NCBI GenBank assembly: GCA_035705495.1 | Contig: DASSWB010000026.1 | Span: forward strand, 13,206-77,205 | Direction of reading: 5' to 3' | DNA length: 64,000 bases | DNA from: Salinimicrobium sp. | GTDB taxonomy: Bacteria; Bacteroidota; Bacteroidia; Flavobacteriales; Flavobacteriaceae | In this document: positions 9,396 to 19,168 of the stretch, piece by piece | How positions within the stretch are numbered: the stretch's first letter is position 1 | Layout of the letters: each line of letters starts with the position of its first letter | The notes under the pieces: model-generated | Seen by the model: the letters and a program-made list of their open reading frames with translations, nothing else | Told to the model about the DNA's origin: nothing | Database searches by the model: none | Program-made: the position numbers and the translations under genes

Positions 9396-10586
9396 TCATT
9401 TTGAATGCATGAGCTCATCCAGAACATCAATAATAATACCACATCCCTCCAAAATCTCTTCTTCGGAAATTGTTAGCGGTGGCGTTATTCGAATGGCACG
9501 TTGTTCAAAAAGTAACCAAAAGAGAATCAAGCCTTTATCTTTACATTTTAAAATCACTTCGTTTGTAATTTCTGCGGATGGTAAAATGGCAGCCAACATT
9601 AATCCGCTTCCCCTGATTTCTGAAATGAGCGGATGTTTCAAATTTTCCCGAAACAGTTTTTCCTTCCTTAATGTTTCGGGAATTAAATCCGTGGAAATAA
9701 GCTCCTTCAAAGTAGCAAGAGCAGCTGCGGCAATCACCGGATTTCCGCCAAAAGTAGTAATATGCCCCATTTTCGGATTATAAGACAAAGTATCCATCAC
9801 GGCGGAAGAAGCTGTAAAAGCTCCAATTGGAAGTCCGCCGCCCATTCCTTTTCCCATGACAACAATATCTGGCACGACACCAAAATTTTCAAAACCAAAA
9901 AGTTTGCCTGTCCGTCCAAACCCTGGCTGTATTTCGTCTAAAATCAGCAGTGCGCCGACTTCCTCACAACATTTTTTTACTTTTTGCAAATAATTATTTT
10001 TCGGCAAAATAAATCCCGCGCCTCCTTGGATTGTTTCCAGTATGACAGCCGCAGTTTTTTCGGTGATTTTTGAAATTTCGGCGACATTATTAAATTCCAG
10101 GAAATCGATATCACCAATTAGAGGTCTGAACGGTTTTTGGCGTTCTTCAAAATTCATCAAACTCAACGATCCCATCGTATTTCCGTGGTAGGCATTTTTT
10201 GCAGCAAATATTTCGGTTCTCCCCGTAAATCTTCGAGCTAATTTCAACGCACCTTCTATTGCTTCGGTTCCCGAATTCGTCAAATAAGTTTTCTCCAACG
10301 GGTCTGGAAGGTTTTCGGACAATAATTTACTGAGATCAACGGCAGGTTGTTGCGCGTACTCTCCGTAAACCATTACATGCATATATTTGTCAAGCTGATT
10401 TTTTACCGCGTTTAAAACATTGGGATTTCCATGACCCACACTAACGGCCGAAACTCCGGCAACAAAATCCAAATGTTTTTTTCCGTCTGAAGTATAAATA
10501 TAAGATCCACGTGCATGAGAAACTTCCAACCCGAGCGGAAATAGGGAAGTCTGTGCTTGGTATTTTAAAAAGTCCTTGCCTAACAT
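9396..10586 (-). CDS. class-III (aspartate aminotransferase family) PLP-dependent aminotransferase
   Basis: 396 aa. LTNSGTEAIEGALKLAR, ILDEIQPGFGRTGK and MGKGMGGG (PLP lysine region) motifs. Confidence 0.85.
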   Translation of the reverse strand: MLGKDFLKYQAQTSLFPLGLEVSHARGSYIYTSDGKKHLDFVAGVSAVSVGHGNPNVLNAVKNQLDKYMHVMVYGEYAQQPAVDLSKLLSENLPDPLEKTYLTNSGTEAIEGALKLARRFTGRTEIFAAKNAYHGNTMGSLSLMNFEERQKPFRPLIGDIDFLEFNNVAEISKITEKTAAVILETIQGGAGFILPKNNYLQKVKKCCEEVGALLILDEIQPGFGRTGKLFGFENFGVVPDIVVMGKGMGGGLPIGAFTASSAVMDTLSYNPKMGHITTFGGNPVIAAAALATLKELISTDLIPETLRKEKLFRENLKHPLISEIRGSGLMLAAILPSAEITNEVILKCKDKGLILFWLLFEQRAIRITPPLTISEEEILEGCGIIIDVLDELMHSK

Positions 10587-12317
10587 TTATTCTTCTTTTA
10601 AAGGAGCTAAATTCATAGATTCAATTTCCGCCGGCGGATTCTGATCTTCTCCCTCTTCTTGAAGATCATTGCTTTCCAGACGTGAATTCTTATTTAACAA
10701 AGACCTGCCTTTTTCATTTTCAAAAAAATCTTTTTCTTCCTTCGGAACTTCCAAACCTCTTATTTCAGGCAATTCCAATGGTGGTTCACCTTTGAATAAA
10801 TCTTCTTTGGTTTCCAACCTTTCATCGCCTCGCCAGTTGAAACCACGCAATTGTCTTACGTTTTCGGGAAAATCTGCTTCGGGGAATAAATTACCATCAA
10901 TTTGTTTGAAATAGTAAATATCTTCAATTTGCCGATTGTTGATCAATAACCTGATTGATGAAGAAAGTGTTTTGTTGATGCCAACCAATTCGCCATCATC
11001 ATTTCGGGAATAAAAAATAGTTTCGGTATTTTTCAGGATATCGACTTGATACAGTTCGTTTTCCGAAAAAAGACCGACAAGTTCTTTTCCCTTCACCTGA
11101 TTAAATCCGCCAAGGCTATCCTGCTGGATCATAAACGCATTGTAAAACACCTTGAGTGAATCCAATTCCTCACTTTTGGGTTTATTTTTTAAATGGATTG
11201 TATCTCCGGTCATTTGTCCGTTGGACGACCAAACAACGGGATTTCCCAACATTTGGGTCAATCCTGTTTTTTCATTGACGTGAATGGAATCACTTTTACC
11301 ACTCATGTCACTTTTAAAAATCCGCACATCTCGAAAACCTCTAATAATTCGATTATCCGGTTTTCCGGTGACCATTAAAGTATCTCCGTGAATGTAAATG
11401 GAATCCTTTTCTTGAATACTAATCGCGACTGCTCTTTTTGTGATAAAAACTGAATCTTTTTCCCGAAAAACTTCGGCATAATGCCCTCGAATAACGCTGT
11501 TATTAATTGTATCGGTCACTACAATATTATTAGTGGCAGAAGCGAAATTAGTGTTACGATTAAAGTAAAGACTATCGCCTTCAAGTTTTCTATTTTCGTA
11601 ATTAATCGTCGAATTTTTTACAAAATAGCCTGTATCACCTCTCGTATCATAAAACCCTCTTTCACAGTAAACCGTACTCGTGGGACTCGTAATTGTTGTG
11701 GGGCCGTAGAAAAAGGCATGGCCATTATCAGAATAAAAGTCGAGTTGGGCTGAATTAATTTCGTATTTCGGGTTAACTAGTTTTACATTGGATGCAAACG
11801 AATACTTTTTTGATTTCAGAAAATACCTTCCAATTTTACTTGTCAGGACACTGGCCGTGTCCCGAATGGTTCCGCCGCTTTTATAATACGCTTCCTGTTT
11901 GAGTCGGTCAAAAAATAGCGAATCGGTGGCCAAAGAAGAATTAGGATCCCGAAGCATTACATCTCCACTCGCAAAGGCAAATTGAGTAGTTCCATTGTAT
12001 TCAGCGTAATTACTGCTCATTTTAATCGTATCACCTTGATTCATCCTCACGTTTCCGTAGGCCCTAAAAAAGTTTTCCGCTTCGTAATGAATTGCTTGAT
12101 CACACCATATTTCTATTCCTTTGTGCTTAAAATAGACTTGGTTTACAACTTTACTTAAGATGATGGCACCTGGATATTTTTCTTCATCTTTTAAGGTCCT
12201 GTCGCTGGTATAATCAATCTGCCGTTCTTGCGCGGAAAGTATATTTCCGAAGCAAAAGAAACAAATAATCAAAATCAAGTACCGTAGTCGTTTCAAGATG
12301 TGAATTTTAGTCTGCAA
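10587..12317 (-). CDS. OstA/LptA-like repeat protein with signal peptide and acidic C-terminal tail
   Basis: 576 aa. Signal-like LILIICFFCFGNILSAQ. Repeated beta-rich segments typical of Bacteroidota OstA-like proteins. The tracked start is TTG; an in-frame TTG giving MKRLRYLIL is an alternative. Abuts the aminotransferase gene with zero spacer. Confidence 0.45.
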   Translation of the reverse strand: MQTKIHILKRLRYLILIICFFCFGNILSAQERQIDYTSDRTLKDEEKYPGAIILSKVVNQVYFKHKGIEIWCDQAIHYEAENFFRAYGNVRMNQGDTIKMSSNYAEYNGTTQFAFASGDVMLRDPNSSLATDSLFFDRLKQEAYYKSGGTIRDTASVLTSKIGRYFLKSKKYSFASNVKLVNPKYEINSAQLDFYSDNGHAFFYGPTTITSPTSTVYCERGFYDTRGDTGYFVKNSTINYENRKLEGDSLYFNRNTNFASATNNIVVTDTINNSVIRGHYAEVFREKDSVFITKRAVAISIQEKDSIYIHGDTLMVTGKPDNRIIRGFRDVRIFKSDMSGKSDSIHVNEKTGLTQMLGNPVVWSSNGQMTGDTIHLKNKPKSEELDSLKVFYNAFMIQQDSLGGFNQVKGKELVGLFSENELYQVDILKNTETIFYSRNDDGELVGINKTLSSSIRLLINNRQIEDIYYFKQIDGNLFPEADFPENVRQLRGFNWRGDERLETKEDLFKGEPPLELPEIRGLEVPKEEKDFFENEKGRSLLNKNSRLESNDLQEEGEDQNPPAEIESMNLAPLKEE

Positions 12318-12382
12318 AAATAACGAAATCCAAGGGATTTCATTGTGATTGGAAAACGAGGTTGTGTAAAAGAAGTTTATTT

Positions 12383-12413
12383 AATGAGAACCTGAGCTTA
12401 TCAGGTTCTCATT
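12383..12413. terminator. perfect 13-bp inverted repeat (AATGAGAACCTGA-GCTTA-TCAGGTTCTCATT) downstream of purA
   Basis: Read directly. It lies about 90 nt after the purA stop and about 65 nt upstream of the OstA-like start. There is no T-tail on either strand, so it may be a protein-binding palindrome rather than a terminator. Confidence 0.3.
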
Positions 12414-12502
12414 TATACTGGAATCATGTCTTGTTTGATTCCGAATTCAATTCAAAATCAAGAATTTTTTATTTGAAGAAAACTTTTCGATTTAAAAAAA
12501 TC

Positions 12503-13774
12503 TTAGCGCAATATCGTTTGCTCCCTATCTGGTCCAACAGATACTAGTTTGATCGGCACACCAACTTCTTCTTCAATAAAACTGATGTAATCATTTAATT
12601 CTTTCGGGAATTCTGAAACATCTGTTATTTTGGTCAGATCTTCTTTCCAACCTTTCATTTTTGTATATACGCAAGTAACGTTTTCTGCCTCAATATTGTA
12701 TGGCAAATGCTTGATTTCAGAGCCTTTATGATTATATGCGGTACAGATTTTTAAATTTGAAAAACCACTTAGAACGTCGGCCTTCATCATCATTAATTGT
12801 GTAACACCATTTATTTCAACTGCATATTTTAAAGCGACAAGATCTAACCAGCCACAACGACGTGGTCTTCCGGTTGTGGCGCCAAATTCGTTTCCTACAC
12901 GGCCCATTCTTTTCCCGTCTTCATCATTCAATTCTGACGGAAACGGACCACTTCCAACGCGCGTTGCATAAGCCTTAAAAATACCATAGACTTCCCCGAT
13001 TTTATTTGGGGCAATTCCCAAACCGGTACACGCTCCTGCAGCCGTGGTATTGGATGAAGTTACAAAAGGATAAGTCCCAAAATCAATGTCCAAAAGAGAA
13101 CCTTGCGCTCCTTCTGCCAGAATTGTTTTCTCTTCTCTTTGCGCCTGAAACAAATATTCTTCGCTATCAATAAACTGCAAAGTTTTGAGCATTTCCACAG
13201 CGCTGAAAAAATCCTTTTCCAATTCTTCCAAACTGTATTGCACGTCCACATTGTAAAAAGCAATCATCGCTTCATGCTTGTTTGCCAAGTGGCGGTATTT
13301 TTCTTTCCAATCCGGAAGTTCGAGGTCACCGACCCTAATTCCGTTTCTTCCGGTTTTATCCATGTAAGTCGGGCCAATTCCTTTAAGGGTGGAGCCGATT
13401 TTTGCTTTGCCTTTGGAAGTTTCGGAAGCAGCATCCAATAAACGATGTGTTGGTAAAATAAGATGCGCTTTTCTGGAAATCAGAAGTTTATTCTGAAAAT
13501 CGACATCGTATTTTTTTAGATCTTCCAGCTCTTTTTTGAAAATCACAGGGTCAATAACCACTCCGTTCCCAACGATATTTATCGCGTTTTTGTGAAAAAT
13601 TCCAGAGGGTATTGTGTGAAGAACATGTTTTATTCCGTTGAATTCCAAAGTATGTCCGGCATTGGGACCGCCTTGAAATCGCGCAATAATATCATAGTTT
13701 TTTGTGAGGACATCAACAATTTTCCCTTTTCCTTCATCACCCCATTGTAATCCGAGTAGTAAATCTACCGCCAT
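12503..13774 (-). CDS. purA: adenylosuccinate synthase
   Basis: 423 aa. QWGDEGKGKIVD P-loop, GIGPTY, TTGRPRRCGWLD. Confidence 0.95.
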   Translation of the reverse strand: MAVDLLLGLQWGDEGKGKIVDVLTKNYDIIARFQGGPNAGHTLEFNGIKHVLHTIPSGIFHKNAINIVGNGVVIDPVIFKKELEDLKKYDVDFQNKLLISRKAHLILPTHRLLDAASETSKGKAKIGSTLKGIGPTYMDKTGRNGIRVGDLELPDWKEKYRHLANKHEAMIAFYNVDVQYSLEELEKDFFSAVEMLKTLQFIDSEEYLFQAQREEKTILAEGAQGSLLDIDFGTYPFVTSSNTTAAGACTGLGIAPNKIGEVYGIFKAYATRVGSGPFPSELNDEDGKRMGRVGNEFGATTGRPRRCGWLDLVALKYAVEINGVTQLMMMKADVLSGFSNLKICTAYNHKGSEIKHLPYNIEAENVTCVYTKMKGWKEDLTKITDVSEFPKELNDYISFIEEEVGVPIKLVSVGPDREQTILR

Positions 13775-13790
13775 GCTAAATTTTTTATAG

Positions 13791-14261
13791 TTATTCTGTT
13801 GCTTTTTTGTTTCCGTAAAAATATAGGGAATGATTCGAAATTTCTATATCAAAAACTTCTTCAATGGTTTTCTTGATACTGTAAATCCTAGGATCGCAAA
13901 ATTCAATCACCTCACCAGTGTCTGTCAAAATAATGTGATCGTGGTTTCTGTCGAAAAATGATTTTTCATACTGCGCCTGATTTTTACCAAACTGATGTTT
14001 TCTAACCAGTGCGCATTCAAGAAGTAATTCAATAGTGTTGTATAAAGTAGCCCGGCTCACCCGATACTTTTTATTTTTCATTTTAATATAAAGCGATTCA
14101 ATATCAAAATGTTCTTCACTTTCATATATCTCTTGTAAAATCGCAAAACGTTCAGGAGTTTTTCTATGGCCGTTTTCTTCTAAAAACTTGGTAAACACGT
14201 TTTTAACGATTGACTGATGACTATTATCCAAAGTTTGATCGTTCATAAGTTGTAGGAACAA
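13791..14261 (-). CDS. Fur-family metalloregulator
   Basis: 156 aa. Winged-helix segment ([14 protein letters not shown]), an HDH motif and Fur-like length. Confidence 0.7.
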   Translation of the reverse strand: MFLQLMNDQTLDNSHQSIVKNVFTKFLEENGHRKTPERFAILQEIYESEEHFDIESLYIKMKNKKYRVSRATLYNTIELLLECALVRKHQFGKNQAQYEKSFFDRNHDHIILTDTGEVIEFCDPRIYSIKKTIEEVFDIEISNHSLYFYGNKKATE

Positions 14262-14270
14262 AGGTACATA

Positions 14271-16478
14271 TTATTCACGGGTTACCTTATCTATACCGTT
14301 GATTTTTTTAAGGTGTTCCATAAGGGTTTTTAATATGGAATTGTTTTTGACAATGACCGTTATTTTCCCTGTAAAAATGCCGTCGGAACTTTCAAAATTT
14401 ATTTTTCGGATATTCACGTTCATGTTGTTCGAAATTTCCCGAGTCACTTCATTCACCAAACCAATGTTGTCAATACCGGTCAAACTGATCACCGATTTAA
14501 ATTCTTCTTGAGACGAATCGATCCATTTTGCGGAAATGATCCGGTACGCAAAATTACTCTGGAGTTGAATCGCGTTTGGGCAATCCTTTTTATGAACTTT
14601 AATGCCTTCGCTAACGGTCAAAAATCCGAAGACACTGTCGCCAGGAATTGGATTGCAACAATTGGCAAGTTTGTAATCAAATTTTTCTTCTTCTTTTCCA
14701 AAAACAAGCTGATCATAATTTGCCGTTACCTCATCCTTATCAATATCCTCAGCAACATGAGGTTTTCTGATCTTGTTTTTGATGAAACTCATTAAAGCGT
14801 TGCTTCGGGAAGCAGCAAATTCTTTTAATTTGGTATTTTCAATACGACCTATCCCGACTCGATAGAATAAATCCAGACTTGTTTTCAGTTTGAAAAAAAT
14901 GACAAGATCGTTCACCGTCTTTTCATTGAACGGAATTTTCTGTGCCTTCAGTTTTCGCCGAAGAATTGCTTTTCCTTCTTCCGCAATTTCCTTTTTCTCG
15001 TCTTTAAGAGACGATTTAATTTTGGCCCTCGCCCTTGCTGTTGTAGCGTAATCCAACCAGTTGGCCGTAGGTTTGCTTTTTTCCGAAGTAATAATATCGA
15101 CTTGGTCACCGCTCTTTAGCTCGTGACTTAAAGGAACCAGTTTTCCGTTAACGCGGGCACCTCTTGTGTGTAAACCGATTTCTGTATGAATGCTGAAAGC
15201 AAAATCCAGTGGTGTAGCACCTTTGGGCAAGGATTTTAAATCCCCTTGCGGTGTGAAAACGAAGATTTCCTTGGAATATAAATTCAGTTTAAACTGCTCT
15301 ACAAAATCGACCGCATTGATTTCTGATCCTTCCAATACTTCTTGAAGTTTGTTGAGCCATTCTTCAAGTCCTTTTTCCTCTTGAACCGAGCCTTGTTTGT
15401 ATTTATAATGTGCAGCGTAACCTTTCTCCGCTATTTCGTTCATTCTATCACTCCGGATTTGCACTTCCACCCATCTTCCTTTTGGTCCCATTACGGTAAT
15501 ATGAAGCGCTTCGTAGCCTGTGGATTTAGGGGAAGAAATCCAGTCTCTTAATCGCGTTGGATTGGGTCGAAAATGATCCGTTACGATTGAATATATTTTC
15601 CAAGCGATAAATTTTTCATTCGATGCATCCGTATTGTAAATGATTCTTACGGCAAATTTATCATAGACTTCATCAAAACTTACATTCTGATTTTTCATTT
15701 TCCGCCGTATCGAATAAATAGATTTTGGTCTTCCTTTTATATCGTAAGTTAAATCCTCTTTATCCAAAGAATCTTTGATCACCTTGGTAAATTCCTTTAT
15801 ATAAAGATCTTGTTCCTCTTTACTTTCTTTGATTTTCGTGAAAATTTCGTTGTAAACTTCGGGCTCGGTATATTTTAACCCAAGATCTTCAAGGTCTGTT
15901 TTTATATTGTACAACCCGATACGGTGTGCCAAAGGAGCATAAATATATAAGGTTTCAGAGGCAATTTTTTCCTGTTTGTCCGGTTGCATGGAATCCATTG
16001 TTTGCATGTTGTGCAACCGATCTGCGATTTTTATGATAATTACACGAACGTCATCATTCAACGTAAGTAACATTTTACGGAAGTTTTCGGCTTGAAGTGA
16101 AACGTCTTTATCGTGCTTGAGATGCGAAATTTTTGTGAGTCCGTCAACAATATGGGCGATGGTTTCGCCGAATAATTCCCGAAGATTTTCAAGCGTGTAA
16201 GAAGTATCTTCAACAACATCATGTAACAGGGCAGCAGCGATACAAGTTGCATCCAGACCAATTTCCGATGCGACAATTTTCGCAACGGCGATTGGATGGA
16301 AAATATAAGCTTCGCCCGATTTACGCCGCTGGCCGTTATGTGCATCAACGGCGGTATCAAAAGCCAAACGAATCAATTTTTTATCTTCTGCGGAAAGCGT
16401 TTGATAACTAATTCGAAGCAATTCTTTGTACTGCCTTGCGATCTCTTTATTTTCTTGCTCTAATGCTGCTTCTGTCAT
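14271..16478 (-). CDS. bifunctional (p)ppGpp synthetase/hydrolase, RelA/SpoT homologue
   Basis: 735 aa. HD hydrolase motif (LLHDVVEDT), synthetase domain (YEALHITV), TGS and ACT-like C-terminus. Confidence 0.95.
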   Translation of the reverse strand: MTEAALEQENKEIARQYKELLRISYQTLSAEDKKLIRLAFDTAVDAHNGQRRKSGEAYIFHPIAVAKIVASEIGLDATCIAAALLHDVVEDTSYTLENLRELFGETIAHIVDGLTKISHLKHDKDVSLQAENFRKMLLTLNDDVRVIIIKIADRLHNMQTMDSMQPDKQEKIASETLYIYAPLAHRIGLYNIKTDLEDLGLKYTEPEVYNEIFTKIKESKEEQDLYIKEFTKVIKDSLDKEDLTYDIKGRPKSIYSIRRKMKNQNVSFDEVYDKFAVRIIYNTDASNEKFIAWKIYSIVTDHFRPNPTRLRDWISSPKSTGYEALHITVMGPKGRWVEVQIRSDRMNEIAEKGYAAHYKYKQGSVQEEKGLEEWLNKLQEVLEGSEINAVDFVEQFKLNLYSKEIFVFTPQGDLKSLPKGATPLDFAFSIHTEIGLHTRGARVNGKLVPLSHELKSGDQVDIITSEKSKPTANWLDYATTARARAKIKSSLKDEKKEIAEEGKAILRRKLKAQKIPFNEKTVNDLVIFFKLKTSLDLFYRVGIGRIENTKLKEFAASRSNALMSFIKNKIRKPHVAEDIDKDEVTANYDQLVFGKEEEKFDYKLANCCNPIPGDSVFGFLTVSEGIKVHKKDCPNAIQLQSNFAYRIISAKWIDSSQEEFKSVISLTGIDNIGLVNEVTREISNNMNVNIRKINFESSDGIFTGKITVIVKNNSILKTLMEHLKKINGIDKVTRE

Positions 16479-16526
16479 GAAATAAAAATAGTATTTCCAA
16501 TCTTATAAAGCAACAAGAATTATACT

Positions 16527-16592
16527 TCAAGATTTTTTTATTCTTTGAAAAAGTGTTGAGGTTAATATTTCAAAATAAAAAAAGTTACGGTG
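16527..16592 (-). repeat. left island boundary: degenerate duplicate of the last ~21 codons of the M48 protease gene
   Basis: The minus-strand reading gives HRNFFYFEILTSTLFQRIKKS*. This aligns without gaps to the M48 C-terminus HPAYVFIHYSHPTLFQRIKNL. The 20-nt core TTTTTTATTCTTTGAAAAAG (16534-16553) is identical to 21622-21641. Confidence 0.6.
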
Positions 16593-16675
16593 TTAAAAAT
16601 GCTAAAGTTTTATTAAACTGAGCTTCCGCTGAAGTTAAATTTTTAACTTTTTTTTGGAATTTTTAAAATAGACCC

Positions 16676-18422
16676 ATGAAACCCATTAAATTTCTGATTG
16701 CGCTTACCACAATTTCGCTCCTGATTAGTTGCGAATATGAAGAGGATGTTGAAACAAATATGAGTGGAGTATCTTTGGAAGAATACAGCGTTACCAATAT
16801 GAATGGAAAACAGATCCAGATGAATGCTGCACTTGTAGAAAAGTTGAGGTTGTTTAGGAATACACCTATGTTAACTGGAAAAATTGGTGATACAATCTCG
16901 GTTTCCATTGATACTACATTTGCAAAATATGTTGAAAGTAAAGATGGATTATATCATTCCTATACTTTTTCGTCATTAAATGATAGATATAAGAATATTT
17001 TGTTTTCCCAAAAAAGAGATGGTACGTATGGAACTTTTTTAGTAGAATATAATTTAACTCCAGAACAGAAAAAGTCGCTCTTGTTAGGTGAGGAAATTTT
17101 TTTTACTAATGAAGTAAAAACCACTGCTATAGAATTTACCGGTGGAAATCTCGAGATGGCAGTGAAAATGAGCGCCTGTATCGACGTTGCTTGGACATTC
17201 ACACCAGGAGAACCTTGCGTTGCCGGATTTTATTTTGGTGATCCCCGTTGTACACATACTTCAGGACCTGATGCGCCAACACCTGGGCAAATGGTAATGA
17301 CAGTTACAAACAACTGGTGGCGGTGGAAGCGTCAATTTTGGCTCATTACCTAACTCAAATCCTCCAAGCGGAGGGGGTATTTATACAGACATTAATTCCA
17401 CCTTTAATCCAGTTACCACCTACACCATGCCACCCGCCGTAAGCAGAAGGAAAATTTTCTTCATGAATTTAAATCCAGATCAGTTGGCATGTTTCAATAA
17501 TACCACAACCACAGGTTCTGGGTTGACTCCTCAAGATTCACTTCAAGTGATGAATTTTTTGGAGAACAGTTTGTTGGAAAATGGTTTGATTGCAGATTCT
17601 TCTATTTATCCTGGTGATGCCTCGGGTTTTGCTGCGGAAGCTATTACGACTATTTGTGAGGATGGTGAAGTGGATTGGGAGGAGCAGGTGATTCTAGATG
17701 ATTCTTTTACTCAAAACGACTGCCTGTATGGAATTTACCAGCAAATGGGTGAGGCGCCAATATTCAACGGCTACTTACAAAGTTTTGATAGTGATGGTTC
17801 TGTGGCAGATTTGAAGTTTAAAGCTGATAGCAACTTTGCGACAAATAGGGAAACAAAATATCATAATGCTATGGCAATAACGGATCCTCCATTGAATTCC
17901 GTTTTAATTAATATTACTTTTAACACTGATGTAACCACTACAGGAAATATTCTAGATAAACCTGATGTTTTCAAAGCTGTATCGCTTATACACGAGATTT
18001 TACATGCTGAAATGTATAGAAAAATGTTGGATGCAGTGAGAGCCGCTGAAATAAGCGGAAATAGTTTAGATTGGGCCAATTGGACCAGCGAGGAGTTTTA
18101 TAACGATTTTTTGGATAGTTTAGAAAATAAATATTTTGGAATATTTGATTACTTTACAAGGTATAAATATGGCATACCTGTTGGGAGTAACCCTAACGAT
18201 TACCAACACCAACAGCTGGCAGAACATTATCGGGACATAGTAAAGCAAGCATTAACAGAATATGATCCTAATCTCACAGAGGCACAAAAAGAAGCACTTT
18301 CGTGGATTGGTTTAAATAGCGCAGATATTGTGGCTTGGCAAAATTTAACACCAATAGACCAACAAATAATAAACAACAACATAGAAAACATGAAAAACAA
18401 CTTAGAAAATGGATGCAATTAA
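16676..18422 (+). pseudogene. lipoprotein with C-terminal HExxH (zincin-like) module, split by a frameshift within 17301-17353
   Basis: ORF 16676..17353 has a lipobox (LLISC). Its frame ends in junk-like NNWWRWKRQFWLIT*. The frame of ORF 17427..18422 is open from 17301 and reads as a G/S/P/N linker (TTGGGGSVNFGSLPNSNPPSGGGIYTD...) before the tracked Met. LIHEILHAEMY contains the HExxH. Confidence 0.55.
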
Positions 18423-18855
18423 AAAAACTGCTTTTGTCGCTTTGTTTATCCCTTGGCTGATCTTTTCACAGAAAGAAAACGGAACATTGTATCCAAAAGA
18501 TACGATTTATATCCAATATGTACACACACAACAAAATAATGATTGGAATGCAAAATTTAAAAGAAACTATCGAGGAGAATTTGGGATTTTCTTCAATATC
18601 GAAAGTAGTAGTGGAGACATAGCACTATTTTATTCTTTTAAGAAAAAAGCAGATACTTTATGTATAGAGTACTTGAACAATTTTCATTTATCCAGCTTGG
18701 AAGAGATTAATGAAAAGAGGAACGAATGGATTTTTAACAACAAACGGCCTCCTGCAGATAGAAACGGAGTCTTTCAAACTTATGTTGTCGAAATAATCTC
18801 GAACAATAAATTTGTAAAATATCCTGTGATATGGCGAAATGAGGGAAAGTATTGA
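18409..18855 (+). CDS. small exported protein P1 (immunity/inhibitor-like, uncharacterised)
   Basis: 148 aa. Signal peptide MDAIKKTAFVALFIPWLIFSQ. The start overlaps the HExxH gene stop by 14 nt. Shares the beta-rich pattern of P2-P5 (DTIYIQY ... TYVVEII ... YPVIWRNEG). Confidence 0.6.
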   Translation: MDAIKKTAFVALFIPWLIFSQKENGTLYPKDTIYIQYVHTQQNNDWNAKFKRNYRGEFGIFFNIESSSGDIALFYSFKKKADTLCIEYLNNFHLSSLEEINEKRNEWIFNNKRPPADRNGVFQTYVVEIISNNKFVKYPVIWRNEGKY

Positions 18856-18903
18856 TTACTGATTGGTCTCATTCTTTTTGCTGTCAATAGCTTCTCCTTA
18901 ACT

Positions 18904-19167
18904 ACCTATCAACAACAATTGGCAGATTTTATTTATAATAACCATGAATGGAATAGTGAAAATTCAAATTTCGTCAGTCAAATGCAATTATATTTTGGTG
19001 TAAATTGGAAAGAAAAAACTGCGGAGGCTTGTAGTTGGATAGGTCTTACAGAAACAGATCAATATTACGATTTTGTAAATGGATTATCTGCGGCTGAAGC
19101 ATTAGGTTTCGATCAAATATCCAGACAAAAAATGTTCATTAATGATGCCAATTCAAATTGTAATTAG
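18904..19167 (+). pseudogene. orphan 3' fragment paralogous to the last ~85 codons of the HExxH lipoprotein gene
   Basis: TYQQQLADF...CSWIGLTETD...NDANSNCN* parallels DYQHQQLAEHY...LSWIGLNSAD...NLENGCN* of the full-length gene. It has no HExxH and no ATG (the tracked start is TTG at 18919). Confidence 0.6.
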
Positions 19168-19168
19168 T

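Noticed and set aside
17301-17353. Programmed ribosomal frameshift joining the two halves of the HExxH lipoprotein.
   Set aside because: There is no slippery heptamer or homopolymer in the overlap (…GTTACAAACAACTGGTGGCGGTGG…). A mutational indel or sequencing error is the simpler explanation.
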